A DNA stretch of 64,000 nt, taken from positions 1 to 64,000 of the IMG/VR virus record IMGVR_UViG_3300042465_006864; one strand, given 5' to 3'. A program made the translations under genes and the position numbers. Below are positions 41,596 to 49,977 of this stretch, in pieces. This stretch comes from a virus. A model generated the notes under the pieces. It worked only from the letters and a program-made list of their open reading frames with translations. It had not been told where the DNA came from and did not search any database. Position 1 is the stretch's first letter, and every line of letters starts with the position of its first letter.

Positions 41596-42024
41596 ATGAG
41601 AGAATTAAAATTCCGCATCTGGGACAGACAAGCAAAAGCATGGGCTGAGAACGATTGCTCGCTGCATTGTTTCAGTAATTGGCAGATTGATCCATTCACT
41701 GGCAAACTGACTGATTTTGTTGGTGCAATTGACGGTGATCGTGAAACGCGCTATAATGCAAATCCTGCTCCCGATTATTATTTTCGTGGCAGTGAGATTG
41801 TGAATGAGCCGAGATATGTTCTTGTTCAATTTACTGGCATGAAAGACAAAAATGGAGTAGAGATTTATGAGGGAGACTTTATTTGTTTTAATAGAACAGA
41901 AGGTCTTTATAGTGATCAAAAGTATCCAATTGTTGCGGCAACTCATCCTTATGTTCAAAACCGTTCTCATTTAGGCGAAGTAATTGGCAACAGCTTTGAA
42001 AACCCTGAACTATTAGAAGCATGA
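41596..42024 (+). CDS. YopX-family protein
   Basis: MRELKFRIWD...QFTGMKDKNGVEIYEGD...EVIGNSFENPELL. Confidence 0.9.
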   Translation: MRELKFRIWDRQAKAWAENDCSLHCFSNWQIDPFTGKLTDFVGAIDGDRETRYNANPAPDYYFRGSEIVNEPRYVLVQFTGMKDKNGVEIYEGDFICFNRTEGLYSDQKYPIVAATHPYVQNRSHLGEVIGNSFENPELLEA

Positions 42025-42374
42025 ACAGAGAAATTAAATTTAGAGCTTGGCGCGAAAATAAAATGCATTATAACATTACAACCGCTCATTATGAGCATAA
42101 TGCAATGAGCGGAAGCGGGGGAGATTTGTGGGATTTTGCAGAATGGATGAAATGGAGCAAAGTCATGCAATACACTGGTCTTAAAGACAAGAATGGTGTA
42201 GAGATTTACGAAGGTGATATTCTCAAACACAATCATAAAGTCCAACAGGTTGAATCTAAGTTAGATTGGAACTGCGGATGTTGCGGATTTGTTTATGGAT
42301 ATAACATTGAAGATCCCAATGATATTGAAGTCATCGGCAACATCTTCGAGAACCCTGAACTTTTAAAACATTGA
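42021..42374 (+). CDS. YopX-family protein
   Basis: REIKFRAW...MQYTGLKDKNGVEIYEGDI...EVIGNIFENPELL. Confidence 0.9.
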   Translation: MNREIKFRAWRENKMHYNITTAHYEHNAMSGSGGDLWDFAEWMKWSKVMQYTGLKDKNGVEIYEGDILKHNHKVQQVESKLDWNCGCCGFVYGYNIEDPNDIEVIGNIFENPELLKH

Positions 42375-42799
42375 GAGAAATAAAATTCAGAATTTGGGAT
42401 AATCTAAAAAAAGAGTGGGTGACTAACAAATACATCTGGAGAATGAAAACCGATGTAAACGGTATCGGTGAAATTCATCCACATACATTCTATTGGAAGC
42501 AACATCCACATGGATTGAATTATCAACAATACACTGGTCTGAAAGACAAAAATGGGAAAGACATTTACGAGGGAGATATTGTAAACATTTTAAAAGAGAA
42601 TAAATGTTATCCTGTGAATTTCGGCAATTGTTATGCTTCTGCTGATGACAACTATTGCGGCACAGAGTGTTTTGGATACCATATAGACGGGCAAATTATG
42701 GGATCGCGTGCAAGAAATTGGGGAAATGGAGCATTAATCAGTGAAAATATGGAAGTCATCGGCAACATCTTCGAGAATAGTGAACTTTTAAAACAATGA
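42371..42799 (+). CDS. YopX-family protein
   Basis: REIKFRIWD...QYTGLKDKNGKDIYEGDI...EVIGNIFENSELL. Confidence 0.9.
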   Translation: MREIKFRIWDNLKKEWVTNKYIWRMKTDVNGIGEIHPHTFYWKQHPHGLNYQQYTGLKDKNGKDIYEGDIVNILKENKCYPVNFGNCYASADDNYCGTECFGYHIDGQIMGSRARNWGNGALISENMEVIGNIFENSELLKQ

Positions 42800-43897
42800 C
42801 AGGCAACGAAACAATCACAATTACAATAGAAGACTCCGATAGAAATATTCGCCTATCCACTCGTTATTCATTTTTGAAAGCAGATGGAGCGGTCATCACA
42901 AAAGGAAAATATCACAATTTAGAACTTGACAATCTGATTGAAAGATTTGATAATTATCGAAGACAAAATAGTCAGAAAAATGAGACCCTCTAAACAAAGA
43001 CAAAAAGAAGATTTGGAATTAGTCATCGCTGCGATGCGCAAAAACAACTTCCAACCTTACGAAGAAAAACTAAATCCATTTACTGAAGGAGTTCGCAAAG
43101 AAAGATTCGAGCGATACTATCACCGCGAACATAGAAGCTTTATCATTGCAGACAATAACTGGAAAGATTTATGCGAAGTATATGGATACCCTTACGAAAC
43201 ACCAAAACTATGAAATGGCAAGAATACAAAGAACATATGCGCGAAGAGTGGGAATTCCACAAACGCAATCCTGAACTGTTTTTTGTTTGGGCGGCATACG
43301 CAACAGCGATAATCATCGCTCTTTTCTCTGACAATTAATCAACAAAATGAAGCATAAATTTTATTATTACGAATACTCCGACGATGGTGGGCAAACTTGG
43401 ACAATGGGCGACTATCGCCGCTATTTGATGCCCATCATGGAGTTGGTAAGAGAGTGTCCTTATCCATCTCGCGTACTTAATCAAGATGATGAACAAATCA
43501 GTGAAGAAGAAATCCGCGAAACGCTCGAACATATGAAAACAATGGAAACAATTTTTGAAAAAGATATAATTCGCTGGGAGGAAAATATGAAATGAAACAG
43601 CTAACACAATATCGAAAACACGGCAATGATTTTTTATTGATTAAAAGATCAGGCAACGTAGGACTTTTCCAAGAAAAGAAATACAACAGCTATGAAGTAA
43701 TCACCATTCAATCACACAATGGGCGCGAAATCATGGGCAACGTAATTCCTCCAGCAGAATTTGCTCCTAGCGATGAATCTTGGGGATCAAAAGGATGGAC
43801 ATACACAATCGAAGCTGACGCTTTGAAAAAATTTGACGAATTGTGTGAAATTTACTTGACACCTAAGCAAGCAAAACCTACAATACCTGAGACATGA
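42796..43897 (+). other. run of small hypothetical CDSs
   Basis: 42796..42993, about 42980..43213, 43347..43595, 43592..43897. Confidence 0.55.
43856..43884 (+). promoter_or_regulatory. sigma70-like promoter
   Basis: TTGACA-N17-TACAAT, 9 nt before ATG 43894. Confidence 0.8.
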
Positions 43898-44580
43898 AAG
43901 AAATTACTACAAACTTATTAATCGCGATGGGTGATACTCATGGAAATTGGGGAGCTTGCATCGAAACTCTACAAGAGTATTATATTCGTGATGCTGTCGT
44001 CCTACACGTAGGAGACGTAGGCATCGGCTTTCTCCCTAAAGAAACACAAGAAGACATTTTAAAATCACTCAACTATGAGCTAGCAGAAAGAAATGTTAGA
44101 ATGTTTTGCATCAGAGGAAATCATGATGACCCACAATACTTTTCGGGCGAGTATGAATACTCCAACATTGTTCTTCTTGCTGATTACTCAAAAATGCTAA
44201 TTAACGGCAAAAAGTTTTTGTTTGTTGGTGGGGCGATTAGCATTGATCGCATCATGCGAACTCCTAATAAGTCGTGGTGGTCAGACGAAGTATTTGTTTT
44301 GGATGAGTCTCGCGCCGAAAAGTGTGACGTTCTTATCTCTCATACCGCTCCAAATTGGATTGGTCCAATCGACAAAATTGGAATTGGTTGGTATACAGAG
44401 CGTGATCCCAATTTGTGGGAAGAGTGTTGCGCAGAAAGATTAGCGATGAATCGTTTGATTGAAATCACAGAACCAGATCAACATTTTTGCGGTCATTTCC
44501 ATCGCAGTCAATCAGCAGTAAACGACAAATGCATTAGTCGTATTTTAAATGAGAATGAAATTTGCGAAATAATTTTGTAA
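43894..44580 (+). CDS. calcineurin-like metallophosphoesterase
   Basis: GDTHG, VGDVG, RGNHD, GGAISID, SHTAP, GHFH. Confidence 0.9.
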   Translation: MKEITTNLLIAMGDTHGNWGACIETLQEYYIRDAVVLHVGDVGIGFLPKETQEDILKSLNYELAERNVRMFCIRGNHDDPQYFSGEYEYSNIVLLADYSKMLINGKKFLFVGGAISIDRIMRTPNKSWWSDEVFVLDESRAEKCDVLISHTAPNWIGPIDKIGIGWYTERDPNLWEECCAERLAMNRLIEITEPDQHFCGHFHRSQSAVNDKCISRILNENEICEIIL

Positions 44581-44626
44581 AAAATAAAAATGGAAAACCT
44601 TCCAAAAAAAGTGTATTATAATTCAG

Positions 44627-44683
44627 ATGAACTATTATCCGACAAATGAACAACCACAAAACACATCCATTCGGGTGCGGTAA
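44627..44683 (+). CDS. putative attenuator leader peptide MNYYPTNEQPQNTSIRVR
   Basis: 18 codons directly after GTGTAT/TATAAT (44611-44622); codons match the downstream tRNAs. Confidence 0.7.
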   Translation: MNYYPTNEQPQNTSIRVR

Positions 44684-44717
44684 AGGTTTTTATTTGATAG
44701 CTTATCTTATATAACTC

Positions 44718-44745
44718 ACCTCATCCTAACAAGATGGGGTTTTTT
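44718..44745 (+). terminator. intrinsic terminator upstream of the tRNA cluster
   Basis: ACCTCATC-ctaacaa-GATGGGGT followed by a T-run. Confidence 0.75.
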
Positions 44746-44764
44746 ATTGCTTAAAATTCCAAAT

Positions 44765-44836
44765 GTTCGCATAGTGAAGCGGTTATCACTCTGAGCTTTC
44801 TACTCAGCATCACGGGTTCGAGTCCCGTTGCGAATA
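44765..44836 (+). tRNA. tRNA-Glu(TTC)
   Basis: GTTCGCA/TGCGAAT; CTGAG-CTTTCTA-CTCAG; ACGGG-TTCGAGT-CCCGT. Confidence 0.88.
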
Positions 44837-44842
44837 CTTTTT

Positions 44843-44926
44843 GCCGCGATCCCTTAGTGGTCGATAGGACTTGCCTTGTAAGCAAGATGCTTATGCACAT
44901 CGTCAGTTCGAATCTGACTCGCGGCT
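44843..44926 (+). tRNA. tRNA-Thr(TGT) with long variable arm
   Basis: GCCGCGA/TCGCGGC; CTTGC-CTTGTAA-GCAAG; GTCAG-TTCGAAT-CTGAC. Confidence 0.85.
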
Positions 44927-44977
44927 CATTTTGAAAAATATAGAGTTGAAATAAAGCGAAAAAAAATAAATATTAAC

Positions 44978-45412
44978 ATGAAGCAAAATCATATCAATAA
45001 AATAACTGATGAAGAGTTAATATCTGAATATAATAAAAATCCACATCTTGGTAAAATGTCACATAATTTACGATTACCTATAATTACAATTTGGAGGAGG
45101 CTTAGTAAATTGGGTTATAATTGTTCTTCTCCTAAAAACATTAATAAAATTATACCATTAAATGAAATATTACAAGGTCTGCATCCATATTATCAAACAT
45201 TTAAATTAAATAAACGAATTTTAAAAGAAAAAATACTGGAAAATATATGTGATGTTTGTAAAACATCCGAATGGAATAATAAACCAATCTCTTTGCATTT
45301 GGATCATATAAATGGCATTTCAACTGATCATAGGTTAAAAAATTTAAGATTTTTATGTCCAAATTGTCACTCACAAACAGAAACATATTGCGGAAAAAAT
45401 AAAAAGTGTTAG
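44978..45412 (+). CDS. HNH endonuclease inside the tRNA cluster
   Basis: CDVC...LHLDHINGISTDHRLKNLRFLCPNCH. Confidence 0.92.
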   Translation: MKQNHINKITDEELISEYNKNPHLGKMSHNLRLPIITIWRRLSKLGYNCSSPKNINKIIPLNEILQGLHPYYQTFKLNKRILKEKILENICDVCKTSEWNNKPISLHLDHINGISTDHRLKNLRFLCPNCHSQTETYCGKNKKC

Positions 45413-45492
45413 CTCCAATGACGGTGAATTGGGGCGGGCTGTAAACCCGTTGCCTTCGGGCTGAGTAGGTTCGAATCCTATCTGACACACCA
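45406..45492 (+). tRNA. tRNA-Tyr(GTA)
   Basis: GTGTTAG/CTGACAC-A-CCA; GCGGG-CTGTAAA-CCCGT; variable arm GCC-TTCG-GGC. Confidence 0.88.
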
Positions 45493-45497
45493 TATAT

Positions 45498-45575
45498 CTA
45501 GTCGTGGTGGAGCGGTCTAACACACCTGCTTTGGAAGCAGGAACAACGCAGGTTCAAATCCTGCCGACTAGACCA
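45498..45575 (+). tRNA. tRNA-Pro(TGG)
   Basis: CTAGTCG/CGACTAG-A-CCA; CCTGC-TTTGGAA-GCAGG. Confidence 0.92.
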
Positions 45576-45578
45576 AAT

Positions 45579-45652
45579 TGGACATTAGTGTAATGGTAAC
45601 ACCCAACTCTTTGAAAGTTGTATTGCTGGTTCGAGTCCAGCATGTCCTACCA
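45579..45652 (+). tRNA. tRNA-Gln(TTG)
   Basis: TGGACAT/ATGTCCT-A-CCA (1:72 mismatch); CAACT-CTTTGAA-AGTTG. Confidence 0.9.
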
Positions 45653-45670
45653 ATTTTTTAATCAAATAAA

Positions 45671-47017
45671 TTATCTACTAACTTCTTCCCAATCTAACGA
45701 AGCGAGAATTTTAGCTGGACTTCCACCAGTAGCAGTGCCAGCAGATACGACTAATGACAGTTCGAAAGGCGAGTTAGTTAATCCATTTCTTTCTAATTGG
45801 AATTTAAAAAGAGCCTCCTTTAAAATATCTAAAGATGGACTTGATTGATTTGTTTGGTTAATGAATCCAGCGGCGAGTATTCTACCTCCAGAAATACTTG
45901 TTGCATCTTGTTTATATTCTACCGCAGAATTCGCACCAGCAGAAATCCAATTACCAGTTCCTCCGCTTGTAGTTCCACTTGCAATTATTTTCCATTTAAA
46001 ATTGCCAGTTGTTGTTGGAAGCAGCGAAAGCGCAGTTAAGATGACAATAGCGTCTAATCTTGTTGATTTCAATTTAATGGTGATAACTGGATAGTCAGTA
46101 TTAGTAGTTGTGATTAAATCATAAGGAACTGTAACATCGGTGCTTATAGCTTGTTGAAGACCTCTGAGTTCATAACCACCTTCTGAAATTACAGAAGAGC
46201 ATATTTGTTTTAGCTTACTAGCGCCAGAAGTTGCGGCAGTATTTGCTATTTCATATCTAAGCGGCAAACAAGCGGTGGTAATGTAAGTCGATTCGATGAT
46301 GTTGGCGTGGTGAAAAGTGTGGCATAAAATAAATTTGCCGTCGATAACAAATCCCATCCTCACCGAACCAAGACCCAACCATTCTACATCCATCCACAAA
46401 ATTTGCGCTTTGCTTATGTCTAAAGTAATTCCAGATGCGCCAGTTCCATCTAGTTTATCTCCGTTCCAAGATGATTGTGACACTCTTGTTTCTGTTGCTG
46501 GACTGCCATTAACCAATGAGCGTTCAACAAAATTCAATGTCGAATCCACAAGCTCCAAATACATTCCATTGTCAGCACCAAAATAACCTACTCTTTGTCT
46601 AAGATTAGTTTTCGCGGGAGACATTACAAAAGTGTTTAAGTTAAGTAAACTTTTTCCTGGCTGATAAGCGAAAACTTTTGTTGTTTCTCTAGTAACGAAT
46701 GAACCAGAAGCGTTTGTTACATTCATTTCAATTAGTCCTTGATTTTGATTGAATGAGCCGCTGCCGCTAACTCCACTTGCCATTGACCAAAGATTGTTGT
46801 CGGCGTATCTGTGGCTTGAATCAAATAGCGTAAGTGGAGAAGAGGTTCTCATGCGACCAAACGCATCAAAAGCGGTCGAGCTGGCAGAATTAGAAAAACT
46901 CAAGTCTTGTTGTTCTAAAGGTCTATAATTATCATTTGTTCTGTCATATATGAATGCAATATTTCCAGCAGTATGTGATAATTGAGCAAGGTTTTGAAAA
47001 GTGTATTGATCCGCCAT
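45671..47017 (-). CDS. probable virion structural protein
   Basis: DAFGRMRTS, YQPGKS, WLGLGSVRMGF motifs; S/T/G-rich; GTGTAA at 47026-47031, 8 nt upstream. Confidence 0.65.
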   Translation of the reverse strand: MADQYTFQNLAQLSHTAGNIAFIYDRTNDNYRPLEQQDLSFSNSASSTAFDAFGRMRTSSPLTLFDSSHRYADNNLWSMASGVSGSGSFNQNQGLIEMNVTNASGSFVTRETTKVFAYQPGKSLLNLNTFVMSPAKTNLRQRVGYFGADNGMYLELVDSTLNFVERSLVNGSPATETRVSQSSWNGDKLDGTGASGITLDISKAQILWMDVEWLGLGSVRMGFVIDGKFILCHTFHHANIIESTYITTACLPLRYEIANTAATSGASKLKQICSSVISEGGYELRGLQQAISTDVTVPYDLITTTNTDYPVITIKLKSTRLDAIVILTALSLLPTTTGNFKWKIIASGTTSGGTGNWISAGANSAVEYKQDATSISGGRILAAGFINQTNQSSPSLDILKEALFKFQLERNGLTNSPFELSLVVSAGTATGGSPAKILASLDWEEVSR

Positions 47018-47095
47018 GTATTTAGTTACACTTTTAATTGTGGGAGTTTTTTAGAATTTTTTGTATTCTAAAAGTAAACAATCGTAAAAAAAAAG

Positions 47096-47124
47096 TTGAC
47101 AAACCATTCCACAAACGCTATTCT
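47096..47124 (+). promoter_or_regulatory. sigma70-like promoter
   Basis: TTGACA-N17-TATTCT, 8 nt before ATG 47133. Confidence 0.75.
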
Positions 47125-47132
47125 TCTCGCGC

Positions 47133-48348
47133 ATGAAAGCTTATCAACAAATTTTGGAAAAATCTAATCGCGACCGCTACAAGAAAGTCGGCAAGAAATA
47201 TGTTCTCTGCAACGACTTCGATGCCTACGAAGGATTAGAAAAAGGCTTCTGGTTGGTGAATGTGCGTGAAGGTTGCACTTCTATCAAGAAAATGGTTTAT
47301 CCTGCGAACGCAGAAATCGCCGCCGCCGCAAAACGAAAAGAAGAAAAACTTCTTGATATTATTCGTGAGGCTTCTGAGGCTCGACCAAGTAAACTTCCTA
47401 TTTCTCCAGAGGCTCTCGCTGATTGGAACACATTTATCGCAAAACATGGAGAAGAGTTTTCAATGCTGCAATATCCTTCGTGGCAGGAGAATGCTGAAAA
47501 AATCGTCAAAATACTTCTTGACAAAGAAGATTATTAATGGCAATCTTTCCCCGCAACAATAACTGACATATGACAGAAGAACAAATCGAATTCATTAAAA
47601 AATATTTCTTCAAAAACGAAGAATACGCTGGTTGGGACAATATCGCAACAAGACTTCTTCAAGAAGGTTCGTGTATTGTAGCTGGCAGTAGTAAACTTTG
47701 GCATGGTGGTATTGGAAACTTTATCAAATGCGTCCCTGCTGAAAATGCCATCGGTTGTTCTCTACTAACATTCGATAAAGATTCATTTTTACAATCGGTA
47801 TGGTTCAAAGAGCAAGCAGGTTCTCATATCAAAGCATTAGGACATCAAATCGGCGCTTTAAAGGTTCAGCAATATGCAATTGAACGCTTAGTAGAAAAAA
47901 AATAACTTTTTAAAAGCAAACAAAAATACAAAAACACCCAAAACATGAACATTGACTTCGACAACATAAAACCTATCGACGAAATGAGCGATTGGCAGCG
48001 CGAAAGCGCAATACATTCTGCTCGTTACATTCTGGAAGATGTGAGCATGGAGAAATTGGCAGAAATTACTGGTCTTCCCATGGGTGTGATTTCAGCAGCA
48101 TTCAAAATTATTTTCGTATCGAAAGATGCGGTGGATGAACCGAAGAGAACGACAAGACCAATTAGAATTAAAAAATAAAAACAAACATGAATAAAAACAC
48201 TCGTCAAAGTAGAAACGCTGGCTTCGCTAGCAAAAAAGACCAAAACAACAACGGCACAAAAGTATTCAAAGGTAGTTGTTGCGATACAGCATGGGACGCT
48301 CCTGCTAGCAAACATCGCAGCCGCAAAGTTTACAAGAAGCCACAGTAA
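47133..48348 (+). other. four small hypothetical CDSs (47133..47537, 47570..47905, 47945..48178, 48187..48348)
   Basis: Co-oriented; the last is a 53-aa basic peptide MNKNTRQSRNAG... Confidence 0.55.
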
Positions 48349-48377
48349 AAAGCTTTCGCTTCGGCAGTATAAATAAA

Positions 48378-48545
48378 TGACCAGAGCCTCCCTCTACTAT
48401 TCACTTAGCACGGAGACTGGTGGGATCGAGAAATAGAGCCTTCGGGTGCGCGGATAAAGTCAGTAATGACAGGCAGTAATTCTATTCTCCCTAAAACTCG
48501 TATATTGAAAAGGTAGTGCGCAGACCGTTCCGAAGCGGATTTTTA
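48378..48545 (+). ncRNA. putative structured non-coding RNA
   Basis: GC-richer intergenic stretch with several stems plus UUCG and GUAA tetraloops. Confidence 0.5.
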
Positions 48546-48573
48546 ATCAATAAATTATAAATATAATTTCATC

Positions 48574-48948
48574 ATGAACGAACAACAAAAAGAAAACCTC
48601 AAATTGGGAATCAAAGCTTTACGCGAAAATCCCTTAAAAGCAAAAGATCAAATGCGCGACTCATTTGGGGGACGATGCTGTCTCTGTGTCTTGTCAGAAG
48701 TGGCAGAAGATATTCAGGGTGTTCCTCGCGGAACTTTCACGTATCGCGAACCTTATGGACAATATGATATAACACCAACAAGCGATCTTGCCGAAATCTT
48801 CGGATTGCATAATGAATCTAGTTCAGGACAATTCAACTTTGTGATTAATAATAAGATGGCATCTATGTGGAATGATGGTTGCGGTTATACAAATGCAGTA
48901 TCTCATGCGGAAATTGCTGATATGATCGAAAAAGAATTTCTAAGCTAA
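48574..48948 (+). CDS. hypothetical protein
   Basis: GRCCLCVL...ND...HAEIADMIE, a pattern seen in phage hypotheticals. Confidence 0.65.
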   Translation: MNEQQKENLKLGIKALRENPLKAKDQMRDSFGGRCCLCVLSEVAEDIQGVPRGTFTYREPYGQYDITPTSDLAEIFGLHNESSSGQFNFVINNKMASMWNDGCGYTNAVSHAEIADMIEKEFLS

Positions 48949-48952
48949 AAAA

Positions 48953-49519
48953 TTATGTATTTAAAAGAACAGTAATTGCTATATTATCAGAACTTGTTAT
49001 CTCATCATAAACAATTGTAAAGCTAAAAGGACTTGTTTTTGTTCCATTGTTAAAAGTTATATTTGATATTTTTAATTCACTACCCGAAGACGCTTGCATA
49101 TCATCTATATCTGATGTGGTTGATGTTAATGTTCCACTGATGGTAGCATTACTCGATAAAACAAGTTGTGGTATTTCTGAAAATGAAAATGTAGCACCTG
49201 CTGATATATTTTTTGATATGCCATTGATAGTTACTGTAACTCCAGCAGTTGGGCAAGAAAATGATAAATTGACGCTTTTGGCTGCTGCAATAGAATTACC
49301 TGTAAATCTTCTACCTCCATCAAATGGGCTTACATATAAACCAGTTGGTTGATTTAGTCTTTCAATTTTTTTATTGTATTCTCTGATTAGGTGATCGTTG
49401 AAATCTTCTTTAGAAGTTGCGGCATCATACAGTGATTTAATTTCTCCTCTATATCCAGACCAAATAGCTAGTCCAGTAGTGTAATCAGAATGTATTTCAG
49501 CTTGAAGATTTCTCGGCAT
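48953..49519 (-). CDS. hypothetical late protein
   Basis: Start moved to ATG 49519 (MPRNLQ), 8 nt after GTGTAA at 49528-49533. Confidence 0.6.
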   Translation of the reverse strand: MPRNLQAEIHSDYTTGLAIWSGYRGEIKSLYDAATSKEDFNDHLIREYNKKIERLNQPTGLYVSPFDGGRRFTGNSIAAAKSVNLSFSCPTAGVTVTINGISKNISAGATFSFSEIPQLVLSSNATISGTLTSTTSDIDDMQASSGSELKISNITFNNGTKTSPFSFTIVYDEITSSDNIAITVLLNT

Positions 49520-49543
49520 GTTACTTTTTACACCCAAAAAACC

Positions 49544-49572
49544 TTGACAATCATTCCCAAAAACAATAAAAA
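49544..49572 (+). promoter_or_regulatory. sigma70-like promoter
   Basis: TTGACA-N17-TAAAAT, back-to-back with the GTGTAA motif. Confidence 0.75.
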
Positions 49573-49584
49573 TCTTAACACGAA

Positions 49585-49977
49585 ATGAAACGATCAATCC
49601 TATTAAAAAAGTATAAAAAATCCCTACATCGTCAAGTAGTTATTAGAAAAGCTTTTGATAATGCGTGGGATAACGCACAAAACACGACTCTTTTGTCTGT
49701 TTTATCAATCATTACGCCGCTTTATCCACTCTTCAAGAGTGAGTTGAGCTATCTCAAACTTCTCAACAAAATCAACAAAGAAACATGTGATGACCGATCA
49801 GGCGAAGAAACTTATGGATATGAATCGGAGCAATCTGTTTTGTATGATTTGAGCTACATTAGTGATCGGTGGATTTGTGAGTTTCGCTTGCAGTGGTTGA
49901 TTGATCTGATTGATAAACACAATGATGGAACTCTTGTGCCAAACTTTATCCCAGAAACTAATTCATCTGATGATTAA
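49585..49977 (+). CDS. hypothetical protein
   Basis: 130-aa ORF after the promoter. Confidence 0.6.
   Translation: MKRSILLKKYKKSLHRQVVIRKAFDNAWDNAQNTTLLSVLSIITPLYPLFKSELSYLKLLNKINKETCDDRSGEETYGYESEQSVLYDLSYISDRWICEFRLQWLIDLIDKHNDGTLVPNFIPETNSSDD

Noticed and set aside
44672-44683. Macrolide-arrest R-x-R motif as the purpose of the leader peptide
   Set aside because: The CGG GTG CGG codons are explained by their base-pairing role in the antiterminator, and stalling there would favour termination; not fully excluded.
44765-44836. Amber suppressor tRNA or TAG recoding (loop contains CTA)
   Set aside because: The 5-bp stem places TTC at positions 34-36, and long genes read through in the standard code without internal stops.
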